Below are positions 34,889 through 35,560 of a DNA stretch of 35,560 nt, in pieces. This DNA is from Candidatus Woesearchaeota archaeon (GTDB lineage: Archaea > Nanobdellota > Nanobdellia > Pacearchaeales > GW2011-AR1), in the NCBI GenBank assembly GCA_964498295.1, contig CAZCGJ010000003.1:1-35560 (forward strand), read 5' to 3'. Below the pieces are notes generated by a model that was not told where the DNA came from, did not search any database, and saw only the letters and a program-made list of their open reading frames with translations. The translations under genes and the position numbers were made by a program. Position 1 is the first letter of the stretch; every line of letters begins with the position of its first letter.

Positions 34889-35343
34889 AAGAAAAAAATT
34901 TTGCAGGAAGATCATCCATGCACGTTTCATTTGCAACAAGACTCTTGGGCCTAACAATAACCCTCTTTATTTTGATATTGACTGTGAAAGCAGAACTTCT
35001 AGACTATACGCCTCTTGCATGGCAACTAATTCTTGCAATCCCTCTACTCTTTGCATCATTAATTGTAAATACTAAAATAATAAGTCAAGAAACATTTGAG
35101 AAGTATAGAATATTTAATTTATTAGTAACTTCAATTTCTACAGCATTTATAGCAAACGCCCTGGGCCTTTTGATATCTAAATATATTTCACACATAATAG
35201 GATTAGCATACTTTATTCTCTTTATAGGAATTTATGGTTATTTCTTTGTAAAAGATTTAAAACAAAGAAAAATTTATAACGAAACAATAATTATTCTAAT
35301 TATAATACTATTAGGATTGTTGCCTGCATTAACTGTCTTTTAA
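34885..35343 (+). CDS. Multi-pass membrane protein
   Basis: About five hydrophobic helices. Confidence 0.75.
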   Translation: MKEKNFAGRSSMHVSFATRLLGLTITLFILILTVKAELLDYTPLAWQLILAIPLLFASLIVNTKIISQETFEKYRIFNLLVTSISTAFIANALGLLISKYISHIIGLAYFILFIGIYGYFFVKDLKQRKIYNETIIILIIILLGLLPALTVF

Positions 35344-35469
35344 GAAATAATTATTTTTCTCGTAGAAAAACCCATCGATAAAAACCCACCAAAAGATTTA
35401 TAAACCCGTATCTATTCATGTGTATACACAAGATAGACACACAGAGAGTGTTTATCTATAAAACAACAC

Positions 35470-35560
35470 ATGACAGACATATTCGATAACAAAATACTAT
35501 GTAATAAATGCGAGAAAGTAATGAAACCAGTACTTATTTCTAAAAACGGTTTCAACTTAC
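35470..35560 (+). CDS. Zinc-ribbon protein, 5' part, runs off window end
   Basis: MTDIFDNKILCNKCEKVMKPVLISKNGFNL... with CxxC; TTTATAAA at 35397. Confidence 0.65.
   Translation, partial: MTDIFDNKILCNKCEKVMKPVLISKNGFNL

Noticed and set aside
2494-35075. Numerous short overlapping ORF-track entries (e.g. 2494, 3582, 6533, 10131, 12564, 14036, 16948, 19285, 24599, 25726, 29048, 32326, 33800, 34872)
   Set aside because: Antisense or off-frame to well-supported genes, with biased Phe/Leu/Ser/Ile composition and no motifs

Overview
AT-rich archaeal chromosome segment. Its gene content and style are most consistent with a DPANN lineage such as Pacearchaeota/Woesearchaeota (inference). Core genes include rpoH-rpoB (unsplit, runs off the left end), serS, rfcS/rfcL, nth, TFS, signal peptidase, an eL41 gene missing from the ORF track and three tRNAs (Lys-CTT, Gln-CTG, Lys-TTT). 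The window is unusually dense in deoxynucleotide and pyrimidine genes. (i) A thyX-like-tmk-nrdR-nrdD...nrdG-kinase/dCMP deaminase-dut-thioredoxin block. In it the class III RNR is split, with its glycyl-radical motif on a separate 39-aa ORF, and tandem bacterial-type NrdR boxes follow an archaeal TATA box. (ii) An uncharacterised five-gene operon (P-loop kinase, CYTH, P-loop kinase, radical SAM, dCTP deaminase) facing a divergent regulator-nth pair. (iii) A P-loop NTPase fused to an AvrD-like domain, inserted between nrdD and nrdG. Items (ii) and (iii) are the best candidates for an undescribed nucleotide-modification system. No CRISPR array, rRNA or transposase was seen. Family calls come from motif recognition only; no searches were run.
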